A stretch of 64,000 bases of DNA, from contig CAVPQB010000003.1 in assembly GCA_963707505.1 (NCBI GenBank), positions 544,001-608,000 of the forward strand, written 5' to 3'. The notes under the pieces were generated by a model, which saw only the letters and a list, made by a program, of their open reading frames with translations, was not told where the DNA came from and did not search any database. Within the stretch, counting starts at the first letter, position 1. Every line of letters starts with the position of its first letter. The DNA is from an uncultured Gemmatimonadales bacterium (lineage in GTDB: Bacteria > Gemmatimonadota > Gemmatimonadetes > Gemmatimonadales > Gemmatimonadaceae). The position numbers and the translations under genes were made by a program. Of this stretch, positions 17,836 to 28,596 are shown piece by piece.

Positions 17836-19583
17836 CGGCTCACCATCACGTAAAGGTCTCCGCCTCCGACAGTGCCCGGAAAGCGTGCTACGGTACGATA
17901 CGAATCTGATAAGCGCGCCCACAGGGTGGGCTCACCGGTTTCTATGCGCACAGGAAATGTCAGGACCATCCAGGTCCGTGCACCTCCAGCCTCGACTTGC
18001 GCCAGGTCCGAAGCCGACGTTACAGTCGGCCACGGAAGGTGGTAATACCGGCCGTAAACGTAGCTGGTCATGTCAGTCACCGCGACTACGTCGCCTGGGC
18101 TGCGGTGAGACTCGACAAAGCCCATCGCCGCTCCAAAATCCTGCTTTGGCAGCCATGCACGCGGAACCGTCATGAGGCTGGCAGCGGCGACAAGCAGTGC
18201 TCCGCCAACCGACACCGCGCCGGAAGCTCTGCTCGGCACAACCGCGTGGACCAAGGCAAATCCTCCGCGTACAGCGATGAGGACGGCAAAGCCAGCGCTG
18301 AAGAAGAAGAAACGCGGCCAGAGATTGTGCGAAAGTATCATTACGGCGGCACCTGTCACGACAGCAGGGAGCAACATCACCGTAGTAATCACCGCGCTCC
18401 TCCGCCAGTAACTCGCCACGCCCGCACCGATGATGATGAACACAACCGCGACGGCCGCAAGGCCCCCAGGAATCCCGCTGCTCAGAACTCGCAGCCCTTC
18501 GGTAAACATCCAGACGGGATCCTTCCAAACCGTGGCGGAGCCAGCATCCGGCGGAATCAACAACGTCGCGATGAATTGCGGCAGGACGAGTGCATAGACA
18601 AGCACCGAAAGCGTCCCGGCGAGCACGAGACCGGCGAGTGGCGCACGCCAGGCACGATTGCGAAGGTCGTCGCGTCGAACGACCACGAGGCAAAGCCACA
18701 CGAGCGCATGCGTGGCTGTGACGAATACCGCCGTCACATGGATCATGTTGGCCAACGCCATGCTTACAGCATATCCCCCAACATTGCGCCACGTGTGACG
18801 CAGCGGATCGCTCAGAAGCAACAGGAAGCAGCCGCTCCCGACGAGAGTTAAGAACAGCAACCCGGTGTAGCCACGAGCGTTCTGAGAAAACCAGACGTGA
18901 TGATAGGAGACGGCGAGTATGGTCGCGGCGAGCAACGCTTCGCGCCGCGACGTCACCCGCTCACCAAACCAGATCAGGGCACCGAGACTAGCGACGCCGA
19001 GGCAGACGGCGGGAAGACGGAGCGCCCACGCGCTGCCGCCAAAGAGAACGACTGAGATCCGCGCCAGAATCGAGTACAGCAGATGTTGATTCTGGCTGTC
19101 GAATGTCGATATGATGTGAATGAGCGGCAGCCGCACGTAATCGACGAACGTCTGGATCTCATCGAACCAGAGGCCACTGCCGAGCGACGGGATACGGAGA
19201 CCAGCCCCCAGGACCATGATACAAACGGCTGCGCCGGTCTCGGTGCGGGTCCACGGCCTGGACGCGGGCGCAGCGGCACCGGGCGCCAGGCCGCGCGCAG
19301 CCACCGGCGCGAGTGGCACCGATGGAATGAGTCCGAGCAGCAACGCATGCACGAGCAGCGAGGCCTTCAGGAGTACGACCCCGACGACAAGCTGCGCCAG
19401 GTGCTGGCCTGATGCTGCGGGACCGGCGAGCGCAGCGGCGAGCGAGTGCACGGGTAGCAACGCAGCAATGACGAAGAGTGCGACCGCGACCTGGCGCGGC
19501 CATACGCGCAGCCATGCCACGAGGCCAGACGTGGCGCGCATCATCGCGCCCTCATCGGCAGCGCCCGAGTGACTGCTTGGCAT
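17832..19583 (-). CDS. GT-C glycosyltransferase (ArnT/PMT-like, GT39/83)
   Basis: LWFDE, RLPA and SQNARGY motifs, many TMs. Start approximate (19583 or 19544). Confidence 0.85.
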   Translation of the reverse strand: MPSSHSGAADEGAMMRATSGLVAWLRVWPRQVAVALFVIAALLPVHSLAAALAGPAASGQHLAQLVVGVVLLKASLLVHALLLGLIPSVPLAPVAARGLAPGAAAPASRPWTRTETGAAVCIMVLGAGLRIPSLGSGLWFDEIQTFVDYVRLPLIHIISTFDSQNQHLLYSILARISVVLFGGSAWALRLPAVCLGVASLGALIWFGERVTSRREALLAATILAVSYHHVWFSQNARGYTGLLFLTLVGSGCFLLLLSDPLRHTWRNVGGYAVSMALANMIHVTAVFVTATHALVWLCLVVVRRDDLRNRAWRAPLAGLVLAGTLSVLVYALVLPQFIATLLIPPDAGSATVWKDPVWMFTEGLRVLSSGIPGGLAAVAVVFIIIGAGVASYWRRSAVITTVMLLPAVVTGAAVMILSHNLWPRFFFFSAGFAVLIAVRGGFALVHAVVPSRASGAVSVGGALLVAAASLMTVPRAWLPKQDFGAAMGFVESHRSPGDVVAVTDMTSYVYGRYYHLPWPTVTSASDLAQVEAGGARTWMVLTFPVRIETGEPTLWARLSDSYRTVARFPGTVGGGDLYVMVSR

Positions 19584-19599
19584 CGACGCGAGTGTTTCA

Positions 19600-21057
19600 C
19601 TAGACGGAGAGCACGGGTATCTGGCCGCCACGCAATCTGATTGCACCTGTGAGGACGAGAGCAATCGCATAGGATGTGGCGCCGCATGCTATCGCCGCGA
19701 CCAGCGTCTGTGGCTCGAGCATCAGCAGCACGAATGCCATCGCCGATACCGCAACGAGTGGCCGCCACAAGCGACCCAGTACGATTCCTCCAATCCGCGC
19801 CCGCCTGGCAGCGTACAGCGTCAGCGCCAGCCGCACGCTCTCACCCAGAATCGTCGCCACCGCTGCACCGGCAATTCCGAAACGCGAGATCAGCGCGATA
19901 TCAAGGACAGTGACAACGACAAGGGTGAGCGCGAACGCGCGTAAAACGTCAGCCTCACGCCCGACCGACAGCAATCCGACGACAGCAACGTTGCACAGAA
20001 CTCCGGGAATCAGCGACCAGATCAACAAGCGCAGCGCATCACCGGCCGGCGCATACGTGGACCCGAGCACCAGTGCGACTATGCTCGGCGCGACCACCGC
20101 TCCCCCAACGACAACAGGAATGAGAAACACGAACACATGGACTAGGGAGGTCTCGAACAGCTTGCGGTGCTCGCCAGCATCCGCACGACATGCACTGAGG
20201 ACGGAAAGCAGACTAAGCCCGTAGGCGATGCCGACATTCAAGCAGAAGGCAACCACGGTATATGCGGCAGCGTAGTAGCCCACGCTCTCTGAGCCGCGGA
20301 AAAAACGCAGAAAGAGCAGATCGGAGTTATACAGCGCAAGCCCGAACAGTGACGCCGCCATGAGGTGCCATCCCTGTCGCAGCAACGGAAGGGCAACACG
20401 CAGATCGATGCGGGGCCGACGCACAATGCCGCTCCGAACCAGGATCGAGAGAAGGACAACAGCAGTGAGTCCGTCTCCGATGATCTGCGCGATCGGGACG
20501 CGTGTCACGTCGTCGGCGCCGTGCACGGCTACGAGAAGTACACCGAGAGCAACGCATTCTCCAAGAACGCGTGCAGCAGCCACGCGGCGCGAATGCTCCA
20601 TCCCGACGTGCACCCAACTCGTACTGATTCCTACGGCCACCAGAGCGCCGCAGTAGATGGCGAGAACTGTTCCGTCAGGATTGGGCAGGAAAATCCATGA
20701 CAACACCGCGACCGCGCCGGCGAGGAGCGTCGCGATCGCCGCCCTCACCGTGAGCAACGCAGGCACCATGCTGCGGAGCTCGTCGCGATGAGCCGCAACT
20801 TCACGAACGCCGACGCCAAGATCGAAGCCAGCGTCTGCGAGGCGCTGCAGGTAGAGAAGTACGGCCAGCGCAAAGCCAATAATGCCGTAACGCGCCGGAC
20901 CAAGCGTACGCGCAACGTAAAGCGTACCGGCGAAGGCTATGAGCCGCGCGGTTACCTCGCCGGAGCCAAGCGCCACGAAGGCGCGCGCCACGCGACCCGC
21001 AACCGGGGCAACCGGTGCAACGGCTCCCGAATTACCGGTCGTCAAGCTGGTTGCCAT
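19600..21057 (-). CDS. Wzx-type polysaccharide flippase
   Basis: ARTLGPARYG, NSDLLFL, VGYYAAAY and FGIAGAAVAT motifs. Confidence 0.9.
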   Translation of the reverse strand: MATSLTTGNSGAVAPVAPVAGRVARAFVALGSGEVTARLIAFAGTLYVARTLGPARYGIIGFALAVLLYLQRLADAGFDLGVGVREVAAHRDELRSMVPALLTVRAAIATLLAGAVAVLSWIFLPNPDGTVLAIYCGALVAVGISTSWVHVGMEHSRRVAAARVLGECVALGVLLVAVHGADDVTRVPIAQIIGDGLTAVVLLSILVRSGIVRRPRIDLRVALPLLRQGWHLMAASLFGLALYNSDLLFLRFFRGSESVGYYAAAYTVVAFCLNVGIAYGLSLLSVLSACRADAGEHRKLFETSLVHVFVFLIPVVVGGAVVAPSIVALVLGSTYAPAGDALRLLIWSLIPGVLCNVAVVGLLSVGREADVLRAFALTLVVVTVLDIALISRFGIAGAAVATILGESVRLALTLYAARRARIGGIVLGRLWRPLVAVSAMAFVLLMLEPQTLVAAIACGATSYAIALVLTGAIRLRGGQIPVLSV

Positions 21058-23045
21058 GGGTCGCCGGGACGTTGCCAGTGGTGGCGTCGAGTGCTGCAAC
21101 CACGGAGTATGTACCCGCCGCGCCCGAGGGCGCGATGATCCAACGCTTGCGATCCGGAAAACGTGCATGAATGGCCGCCATCGCCGACGCATCACCGTAC
21201 CGCGCGACAATGGGCCCACTTCCGAGCGGAACGCCGCTCCATAGGAATCCGCTCGCGTAGTCGGCGTAATCATTCGGCGGGGTTCCGTTCTTCACAAATA
21301 TCAGATCGTGCTGCATCGCGTTGTCACGAATCAGTCTGCCGACGTCGTCGCTCACGCCCCGGTAACGCCGGTACTTTTCGGTCCCTCGCCATACTGTGAT
21401 CTGAAAGAAACCGACGAACGCAAGCAGAAGCGCAACTGACGCGACGCGCGTCCGATCAATCCCAATCCCGTCGGCCAGCGCGCGCAATCCCAACGCGGTC
21501 AGCGCGGCAAATGGCACGAGTGTCTGATACCAGTAGCGCGGCCCCAGATCGGCGCCGCTGTACCAGTAGAGCATCGGCGGGGACAATCACCGCTACGACG
21601 AGCCAGATCCAGAGCCACATCCCACGTACTCTCTTTCCCAGAGCGAGCATGACGACGAACAGCAGGGCACCGCCGAGCCACCCGAACAGCTCCGTATCGA
21701 TAATACTGAGATTCAGGTTCAGGTGAATTGCACTTTCGAGCGGGCTGTGACCAGGGAAGATGTCGTTCGCCCACCCGACGTTTCCCTTATCCGGCCCGAA
21801 CCCCAGTGAATTGGATCCGGGGTAGTAGGTCAGATCAAAGAACAGCTGGACCGGATCGCGGAGTGCGTTTCCAGTGAGGATTCTGTTGTTGATGAAAAAG
21901 AGCGAGCCGACAGCGGAGCTCGCGCCGACTGCTACTGCAATAGCGGAAGCACGAACGCGGGCGCCGAATGCGCCCATACACATCGCCAGCACGATGACGC
22001 CAACGCTGACCGCCTCGACGGGGCGCGCGAGAAACAGCAACCCGAGCGCCAGGCCGCCGATGACCGCCCATCGCATGCGTGCGCCCGTCTGCAGCTGGAG
22101 CGCACTCAGCAGCGCCAGCAGTGCACAGACAATGCTCAGCGGATGCGCCATGTACGTCGAGCCGACCGTCACGTACAGTGGTGACGTCGCGAGCAGCAGC
22201 GCCGCCACGAGTGCTGTGGAGGAACGATGAACGCGTTTGACGACGGCATACGTGAGCAGGACTCCCGCACCGGCGAGCAAGGGATTCACAATCCACGGAA
22301 CGCCAGCAATCACACCGAGCGCAAGCACCAGCGGCCACCCCGGCGGAAATACACTGAACCACTTGCCATCGTGCACCATTATCAGGAACTGACGGAACAA
22401 TTCCGGCGCCGGTGGCGGATCAAGATAAACGCGACCCTGCGCATACGTCTTCGCCTGGAAGAGATAGGCGACTTCATCCGGCACGTGCGGAATCCGGTGG
22501 AACGTCAGCACTGCGACCGTACCGCACGCGACCGTCGCGAACGCTGCTGCAAGACCAACGATGAGCCAGGCCTTGCGCCCATCCGCATCGAGCACGGCCG
22601 ACGCCGCAGAGTTGTACGGCATACTGCGCGCGGCGAACACTATGCACAGTAGCCCGGCAGCATGCATTGCGGCGGTGACAACCAGGTGGATGCCGTATCC
22701 CAACGGGTCGCGCGACAATAGCGTGGTCCCGAGTACCCAGATCACACACACAGACACTGCGACTCCGGCCGCGCGGTGTGACGCGGTGAGGCTGCGGTAG
22801 ATCCTCGTGAGCCCGACAATACCAGCCAGCGCGACGATCAGGAGAATTGCAATCGCCAGTGGATGATCTCGCAGATCGGCCGGCGCACGAAACCCAAACT
22901 GCCACGCACCTGGCGAGTATAGAGTGATCGCCGCCTGTTCGCCCGCTACGGCGACGAGCATCCACACAATCGCCGCGACAACACTCGATCGCTCCGGTTC
23001 CTGTGCCTGCTCTACAACCTCAGCTTGCGCGACGTCGGCAGACAT
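21032..23045 (-). CDS. GT-C glycosyltransferase (ArnT-like), one +1 frameshift at 21579-21582
   Basis: HVPDEVAY, FPPGWP and RP motifs in ORF 21456..23045, continuing as PPMLYWY..GPRYWY in ORF 21032..21586. Extra base in a C4 run; span is 3n+1. Confidence 0.83.
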
Positions 23046-23755
23046 ACAGGATGTGCGGATACGGGAGCACGTCGTTCATACGATGCATGGCCACGTCGAA
23101 GCCGAGCCCTGTCAGAATCGTCATCAGCTCGGTTGGGCGGCCAGTAACGAATGGGCTCCATCCCGACCAGCAGGCGATCGAGCAGCAGCGTGAAGAGCAT
23201 CTTGTAACGCGGCCGGTCAGCGACGTCCTTGATTATCACGATACCGCCCGGCCGGACATGGCGCGCCACATGCGCGAGAAACCCTGGCACTCGCGATTGC
23301 GGTAGATGATGCAGAAGGTCAAGCATGTAGACCGCGTCGAACTGCCGGTCGGTGGTCCACGTGGTGACGTCACTCGCCTCATATGCCACGTTGGTCAGCT
23401 CGAGGTACTCCGCGCTTGAAGCGGCGGCAGCGACACGTCGCGCATCGAGGTCGACAGCGACAATTTTCAGTCCCGGTTTCGTCATCGCGTAGAACAACGA
23501 GAAGAGGCCGAAACCGCAGCCCAGATCCAGAACGTCGCCCGACGCAGGAAGATACTGTCCGATCTCCTCGAGAAATGGCTGCCGGACGATCGTGAAGCGC
23601 ACTCGCGAATACGCACGCACGATCGGACGCCGGAAACTGTGTATCACTTCGCGGATCGCGCTCGCACCGGTTGCTCCCCTATGCGCTACACCCGCCGACG
23701 TATGCTCACGCACACGCGCGGCCGCTGGCTCAGTGGGTCTTTCTGCAGAAGTCAA
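23020..23755 (-). CDS. class I SAM-dependent methyltransferase, +1 frameshift near 23136
   Basis: LDLGCGFG, DLLHH and RPGG motifs. After IRYWPP the shifted frame reads TELMTILTGLGFDVAMHRMNDVLPYPHILYVCRRRAS*. Confidence 0.85.
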
Positions 23756-23764
23756 GTCAGATCC

Positions 23765-24644
23765 TCAAACAACGTGGTAGAGTGTCGCAGCGCAGTAGAC
23801 TGCCCAGAGTCGCCACATCGATGAGGAGCGCACGATCGGTGAACAGCGTGCCCGCCGGATCGCCGCCGTGACTACGTCGTACGAGATACAGATACCGAAA
23901 CACTCCATACAGAACGAACACAGTGCTGTAGCTCAGCGCCTCTGACCCGACAGCCAGTGCTGTCGAGGAAGAAATCGTGTACATGATGTACGAAACGATG
24001 GTCACGGACAGCAGAATTCCGGAGATCTGGTCCAGTGTCTCCGTGTCGTACTGCTTGAGCACGGCCCGGTGCTCTCCGGAATCGTGGCCCAGCAGAGTCA
24101 GCTCATGTCGACGCTTGGTGAATCCGAGGTATAGCGATAACAGTCCGCCGCAGAGGAGCAGCCAGACAGACGCGTGCACGTCAATCGCTGTCACTCCCGC
24201 CAGGAGTCGCAGGATGAAAAACGCGGCTATGGCGAACACGTCGACAAGCACGATGCGCTTGAGCGACAACGAGTAGATGATATTGAGAACGGCGTATATG
24301 GCCAGCACCAACGCGAGCCGCGGTGCGATGAGGCCGCCGAGAAGCAGTGACGCAGTCACCAGTGCGGAGCCAAGCACGATGCCGGCAGTACGACTGACGC
24401 GTCCCGCGGCTATCGGCCGCTTGCGCTTGATAGGATGTGCACAATCTGCGCTACGATCCGAAACATCGTTCCAGCAATAGATACCGCTCGCGATCAGGCA
24501 GAAGCACACAAATGCACCAAATGCGTGGTTCCTCGCCGAGCCGTTCGTCGCGAGTCCGGAGAACAGGAGAGGAGCCAGAACGAATCCGTTCTTTATCCAC
24601 TGCCGCGGACGCAGAAGGAGCACGAGATCCGAGAAGCGCGCCAA
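23765..24644 (-). CDS. UbiA-family polyprenyl(decaprenyl)-phosphate phosphoribosyltransferase
   Basis: LRPRQWIKN, NDVSDRSADCAHPIKRKRPIAAG, KRRHEL, YGVFRY and DP motifs. Likely +1 shift near 23810 (true end LWAVYCAATLYHVV*). Start uncertain. Confidence 0.88.
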
Positions 24645-24660
24645 CCGCCGGCGGGAACCG

Positions 24661-24717
24661 GCGCGGTATCACGCGCGGTATCACGCGCGGCATCACGTGC
24701 GGTTACACGCGGTTCAC
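24661..24717. repeat. 12-bp tandem repeat GCGCGGTATCAC, about 4.5 degenerate copies
   Basis: gcgcggtatcac gcgcggtatcac gcgcggcatcac gtgcggttacac gcggttcac. Confidence 0.8.
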
Positions 24718-24753
24718 GTGTTCCTCCGTCGTCGACGCTGGCCACGTGAGCCT

Positions 24754-25734
24754 TCACGCCCCAACGCTCTCCAGAATCGAGCGTTGATCGGCGATGACGT
24801 CGGTGATGATCTGCGCCAGCGCAGTACGCGGACGAAATCCGATCGTCTGCTCCAGGCGCGACAGATCCGGGACGCGACGCGGCATGTCCTCGAATCCGAC
24901 CGCGTACGCTTCATCGTATGGCACCCGCACGATCGGTGAAGAGCTCTCCGCCGCGTCACGCACCAGTTCCGCGAGCCGCATGATCGTAACTTCCTCGTCG
25001 TTCCCGACGTTGTAGGCTCGGCCCGGCGCCGACGGAGTGCGCATCAGGCGCACGAGCGATTCGACGGCGTCCGATACGTGTCCAAAACAGCGCGACTGAG
25101 TCCCTGGTCCGTACACCGTGATCGGCTCGCCGCGTACCGCCTGCGACGCGAAGCTCGGCACCACCATGCCGTACCGGCCCGTCTGGCGAGGGCCAACGGT
25201 GTTGAAGAAACGCACGATGATCACCGGCACGTTACGCTCGCGCATGTATGCCAGCCCGAGCCACTCATCCAGCGCCTTGGAGCACGCGTAAGCCCAGCGT
25301 GAGTGCGTGGTGGACCCAAGTACGAGATCGTCGTCTTCACGAAACGGTGTGCGCAGACTCTTTCCGTATACTTCCGAAGTCGACGCAAGGATCACGAGCT
25401 TTTGTTTCCGGGCCGCTGCGTCGAGTACGACTTCGGTTCCGTGCACGTTCGTCGTTATCGTCCTCACCGGACTCTCGACGATGAGTCGCACACCGACAGC
25501 TGCGGCGAGGTGTACCGTGCAATCACATCTATCCACCAGCTCGGATACCAGCGCAGCGTTGGTCACCGACCCGATGTGGTAAGTGAATCCAGCACGGCCG
25601 ATGAGGTGCTCGATGTTGTCCATCGAGCCCGTCGACAAGTCGTCGAGAATGATCACCTGATGGCGATCGTCGAGTAGCCGGGTTGCGAGATGCGAGCCGA
25701 TAAATCCTGCGCCGCCGGTGATGAAGATCTTCAT
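24754..25734 (-). CDS. NAD-dependent nucleotide-sugar epimerase/dehydratase (extended SDR, ArnA/UXS-like)
   Basis: GGAGFIG, STSEVYG, RWAYACSK and RFFNTVGPRQ motifs. Confidence 0.92.
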   Translation of the reverse strand: MKIFITGGAGFIGSHLATRLLDDRHQVIILDDLSTGSMDNIEHLIGRAGFTYHIGSVTNAALVSELVDRCDCTVHLAAAVGVRLIVESPVRTITTNVHGTEVVLDAAARKQKLVILASTSEVYGKSLRTPFREDDDLVLGSTTHSRWAYACSKALDEWLGLAYMRERNVPVIIVRFFNTVGPRQTGRYGMVVPSFASQAVRGEPITVYGPGTQSRCFGHVSDAVESLVRLMRTPSAPGRAYNVGNDEEVTIMRLAELVRDAAESSSPIVRVPYDEAYAVGFEDMPRRVPDLSRLEQTIGFRPRTALAQIITDVIADQRSILESVGA

Positions 25735-27056
25735 GCGGTGCCTCCGCTCGTGAGAGCATCAACTATGGACTGTTCACCCTTCGCACTCGCCATGCGGCGA
25801 ATGAGATCGAGATACTGGGGCATCACTGCTTCCTCACTCCAGTGCTCCGCGAACGCGCGCCGGCCTGCATTCGCCAGTGCTTCACGGCGTTCCGGGATTT
25901 GCGCCAGCTCGTGCATCGCCGCTTCCAGCTCGGCGCGATTCTCAAAGAGCAGTCCCGCGTCTGCCGTTTCGACGATCTCCGGAAACGGCCCCAGGCGGCG
26001 CGCAATCACCGGCGTGCCCTTCCGAAACGCTTCGATGATGATTATGCCGAACGTCTCGAAGCAAACCGACGGCACTATCAGCGCCAGCGCGTGGTGATAG
26101 TACGATCCCAGCTGCTCCGCCGGCACTCGACCCAGAAAATGCACCCGGGGCATGTCAGCAGCAAGCGACCGTAGCGATGCGGCGTAGTCCCCCTCTCCGG
26201 CAATGAGCAGGTCAGGTCCATCGGCGCCCGCGAACGACGGAATGACGTCTTCGAGTCCCTTGATCTTCTCCAATCGCCCGACGAATAGAAAGAATGGACG
26301 ACTGTGAGGTGACGGCGCCTCCGTGACCGGATCCGCCCCTGCAGTGTCTTGCGGCAGGAAATACGGAATGACTTCCATGTCGCGCGGAAAGCCGAACTCG
26401 TGATGCTTGTCGCGACTGAACGCACTTTTCGCTATGAACGCATCGACATTGTCCAGCTCGCGCTCGAGCACACCCGTCCAGCGCCACAGTTGCGGCGGTC
26501 TGTGATAGGACAGCACGCAGCGCAGACAGTCCCGCGCATCGCATCGTTCACGGTTATAACGCCACAGCACGTGCGTTGGGCAGACGAGCCAGTGCTCATG
26601 TGCCTCGTACAGCGTGACGCCACGTCCTTCTCGCAGCAATGCAGGGCCGCCCACAAGCGACACATTGTGAAAGAAAGTTACGTCGAACCCCTCACCCAGC
26701 AGTGCGCGAAGTTTTCGGCCGTGCACGACGGGACGACCAAGCTGCTGCGTCAGAATCGGCGAGATGATTCCGAGCTTGCTTCGCAGTGTCACGACCTCGA
26801 CACCGGGAATGGACGCGGCCGGAGCGGGCTCGGCTCCGCCGCTCAGCGCAAGATATGCGTCGGCGTCGTGCACGACCGTCACCGAGTGGCCGCGCCGCGC
26901 GAATCCGGCGGCGAGACGCTGGACGCCGATCCCATCGCCACCGAAGTTGTACGGCGGATAGAACGTAGTGAGCATGCAGACGCGCAAACGCGGCCCCGGA
27001 CCGGCTTCGGGGTCCGTAGCATCATCAGTCTCCAGCGCGCCAGTAAACTCCGTCAC
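25731..27056 (-). CDS. GT4 family glycosyltransferase
   Basis: TFYPPYNFGG, VGRLEKIKG and ETFGIIIIEA motifs. Start approximate. Confidence 0.9.
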   Translation of the reverse strand: MTEFTGALETDDATDPEAGPGPRLRVCMLTTFYPPYNFGGDGIGVQRLAAGFARRGHSVTVVHDADAYLALSGGAEPAPAASIPGVEVVTLRSKLGIISPILTQQLGRPVVHGRKLRALLGEGFDVTFFHNVSLVGGPALLREGRGVTLYEAHEHWLVCPTHVLWRYNRERCDARDCLRCVLSYHRPPQLWRWTGVLERELDNVDAFIAKSAFSRDKHHEFGFPRDMEVIPYFLPQDTAGADPVTEAPSPHSRPFFLFVGRLEKIKGLEDVIPSFAGADGPDLLIAGEGDYAASLRSLAADMPRVHFLGRVPAEQLGSYYHHALALIVPSVCFETFGIIIIEAFRKGTPVIARRLGPFPEIVETADAGLLFENRAELEAAMHELAQIPERREALANAGRRAFAEHWSEEAVMPQYLDLIRRMASAKGEQSIVDALTSGGTA

Positions 27057-27305
27057 TAACACAGGTCCCCAATCGCTCCATGACAGATGAGCGCCACGAC
27101 ACGGCAAAGCGAGTGCGCCGCCATTTCCAGCTCGATGCAGCCGAATCCTGTCCCAGGATCAAGAAGCATGCACGACCGACAGGAGTGCAAAATTCACGTT
27201 AAGTCGTTACTGCGTACATAGATGAGACTCCGCTGCCTTTCAGGACCCAGTCCAGGGTGCGTCAATACTGATGCTGAGACGCCACAGTTGTAGCGGACCC
27301 GAGAC

Positions 27306-28337
27306 TCATCCGGCCTGGACAGTCGGGCGCTCGGCACCGTAGTAATCCCGGTACCAATCGACAAACGACTCCAACCCTGACTCTATCGATGTTTCGGGCC
27401 TGTACCCGACATCACGCTCGAGATCGGCGACGTCCGCGTACGTAGCCAGTACGTCGCCTGGCTGCATCGGCAGATATCTGCGCTCCGCGCGCTTTCCCAG
27501 ATGCCGCTCCAGTACCTCTACGAACTTCAGCAACGGCACCGGATCGCTATGACCGATGTTGTACACTCGATAGGGCGCCGAGCTCGTCGCGGGGTTGGGT
27601 GAGTCTCCTGACCAGTTGACATCGGGTGTCGCAGGCTTGTCCGCGACGCGTACAACGCCTTCGACAACATCGTCGATGTAGGTGAAGTCGCGCAGCATGT
27701 CGCCGTTGTTATACAGATCGATCGGACGCCCTTCCATGATCGCGCGAGTGAACTTGAAGTACGCCATGTCGGGCCTGCCAAACGGACCGTACACGGTGAA
27801 GAAGCGCAGCGCAGTAATCGGTAGACGGAACAGGTGCGCGTAGCTGTGCGCCATCAGCTCCGATGCCTTCTTGGTCGCCGCGTACAGGCTTACCGGATGA
27901 TCGACGCGCTGCTCGACGGAGAAAGGAGTGGTCGTATTAGCACCGTAAACCGAGCTCGACGAAGCGTGCACGAGATGTGCGACTTTCGCATGCCTGCACG
28001 CTTCGAGAATATTGAGGAATCCCACGAGGTTGCTGTCGGCATACGCGCCGGGATTCTCCAGCGAATAGCGCACACCTGCCTGCGCGGCGAGGTTGATCAC
28101 GACGTCCGGACGATGCTCCGCCATGATTCTCGCGAGCAGCGGCGCGTCGCAGATGTCGCCCTGTACGAACTGGAAGGACGCGTTCGGTTCCAGCTTGGAC
28201 AGGCGCGCGCGCTTCAACGACGGGTCGTAATAGTCGTTGAGGTTATCGATTCCGACAACCACGTCGCCGCGCGCGAGGAGCCGTTGCGCAACATGATAGC
28301 CGATGAATCCGGCGGCTCCAGTCACCAACATCGTCAT
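27306..28337 (-). CDS. UDP-glucuronate 4-epimerase family NAD-dependent epimerase
   Basis: GAAGFIG, LAAQAGVRYSLENP, YAATKK, GRPDMA and RDFTYIDD motifs. Confidence 0.93.
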   Translation of the reverse strand: MTMLVTGAAGFIGYHVAQRLLARGDVVVGIDNLNDYYDPSLKRARLSKLEPNASFQFVQGDICDAPLLARIMAEHRPDVVINLAAQAGVRYSLENPGAYADSNLVGFLNILEACRHAKVAHLVHASSSSVYGANTTTPFSVEQRVDHPVSLYAATKKASELMAHSYAHLFRLPITALRFFTVYGPFGRPDMAYFKFTRAIMEGRPIDLYNNGDMLRDFTYIDDVVEGVVRVADKPATPDVNWSGDSPNPATSSAPYRVYNIGHSDPVPLLKFVEVLERHLGKRAERRYLPMQPGDVLATYADVADLERDVGYRPETSIESGLESFVDWYRDYYGAERPTVQAG

Positions 28338-28497
28338 CGTCTATCCGCCATGAAGACCAAGGTGGGAATCCCGCACAGCGATCACCGCGCGTGCCGATAG
28401 TGACCACCCGCACTCGCTCAATATTGGCTCCGGTCCGCGTATTGGCCAGCGCCGACTTTGTACGGTCTTGACGGAAGATTGACGAGGCCTCGGAACG

Positions 28498-28543
28498 AAA
28501 AAAGGGCCGGGAGCAGCAGCGATTGCAGCTACTTCCGGCCCTT
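28498..28543 (-). terminator. intrinsic terminator after the sigma factor gene
   Basis: Minus-strand stem AAGGGCCGGAAGTAGC/GCTGCTCCCGGCCCTT followed by a T run. Confidence 0.75.
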
Positions 28544-28596
28544 CCGATATCGCGCCGTCGTGCCGAGGCCGCGACAGCGCTCCCTACGTCACCACA

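Noticed and set aside
21579..21582. Phase-variable poly-C tract in the GT-C gene
   Set aside because: Only 4 nt long, and similar +1 indels occur in neighbouring genes including the sigma factor.
27090..27125. sigma54 promoter upstream of the GT4 gene (GCGCAC-N5-TTGC)
   Set aside because: Lacks the invariant GG at -24.
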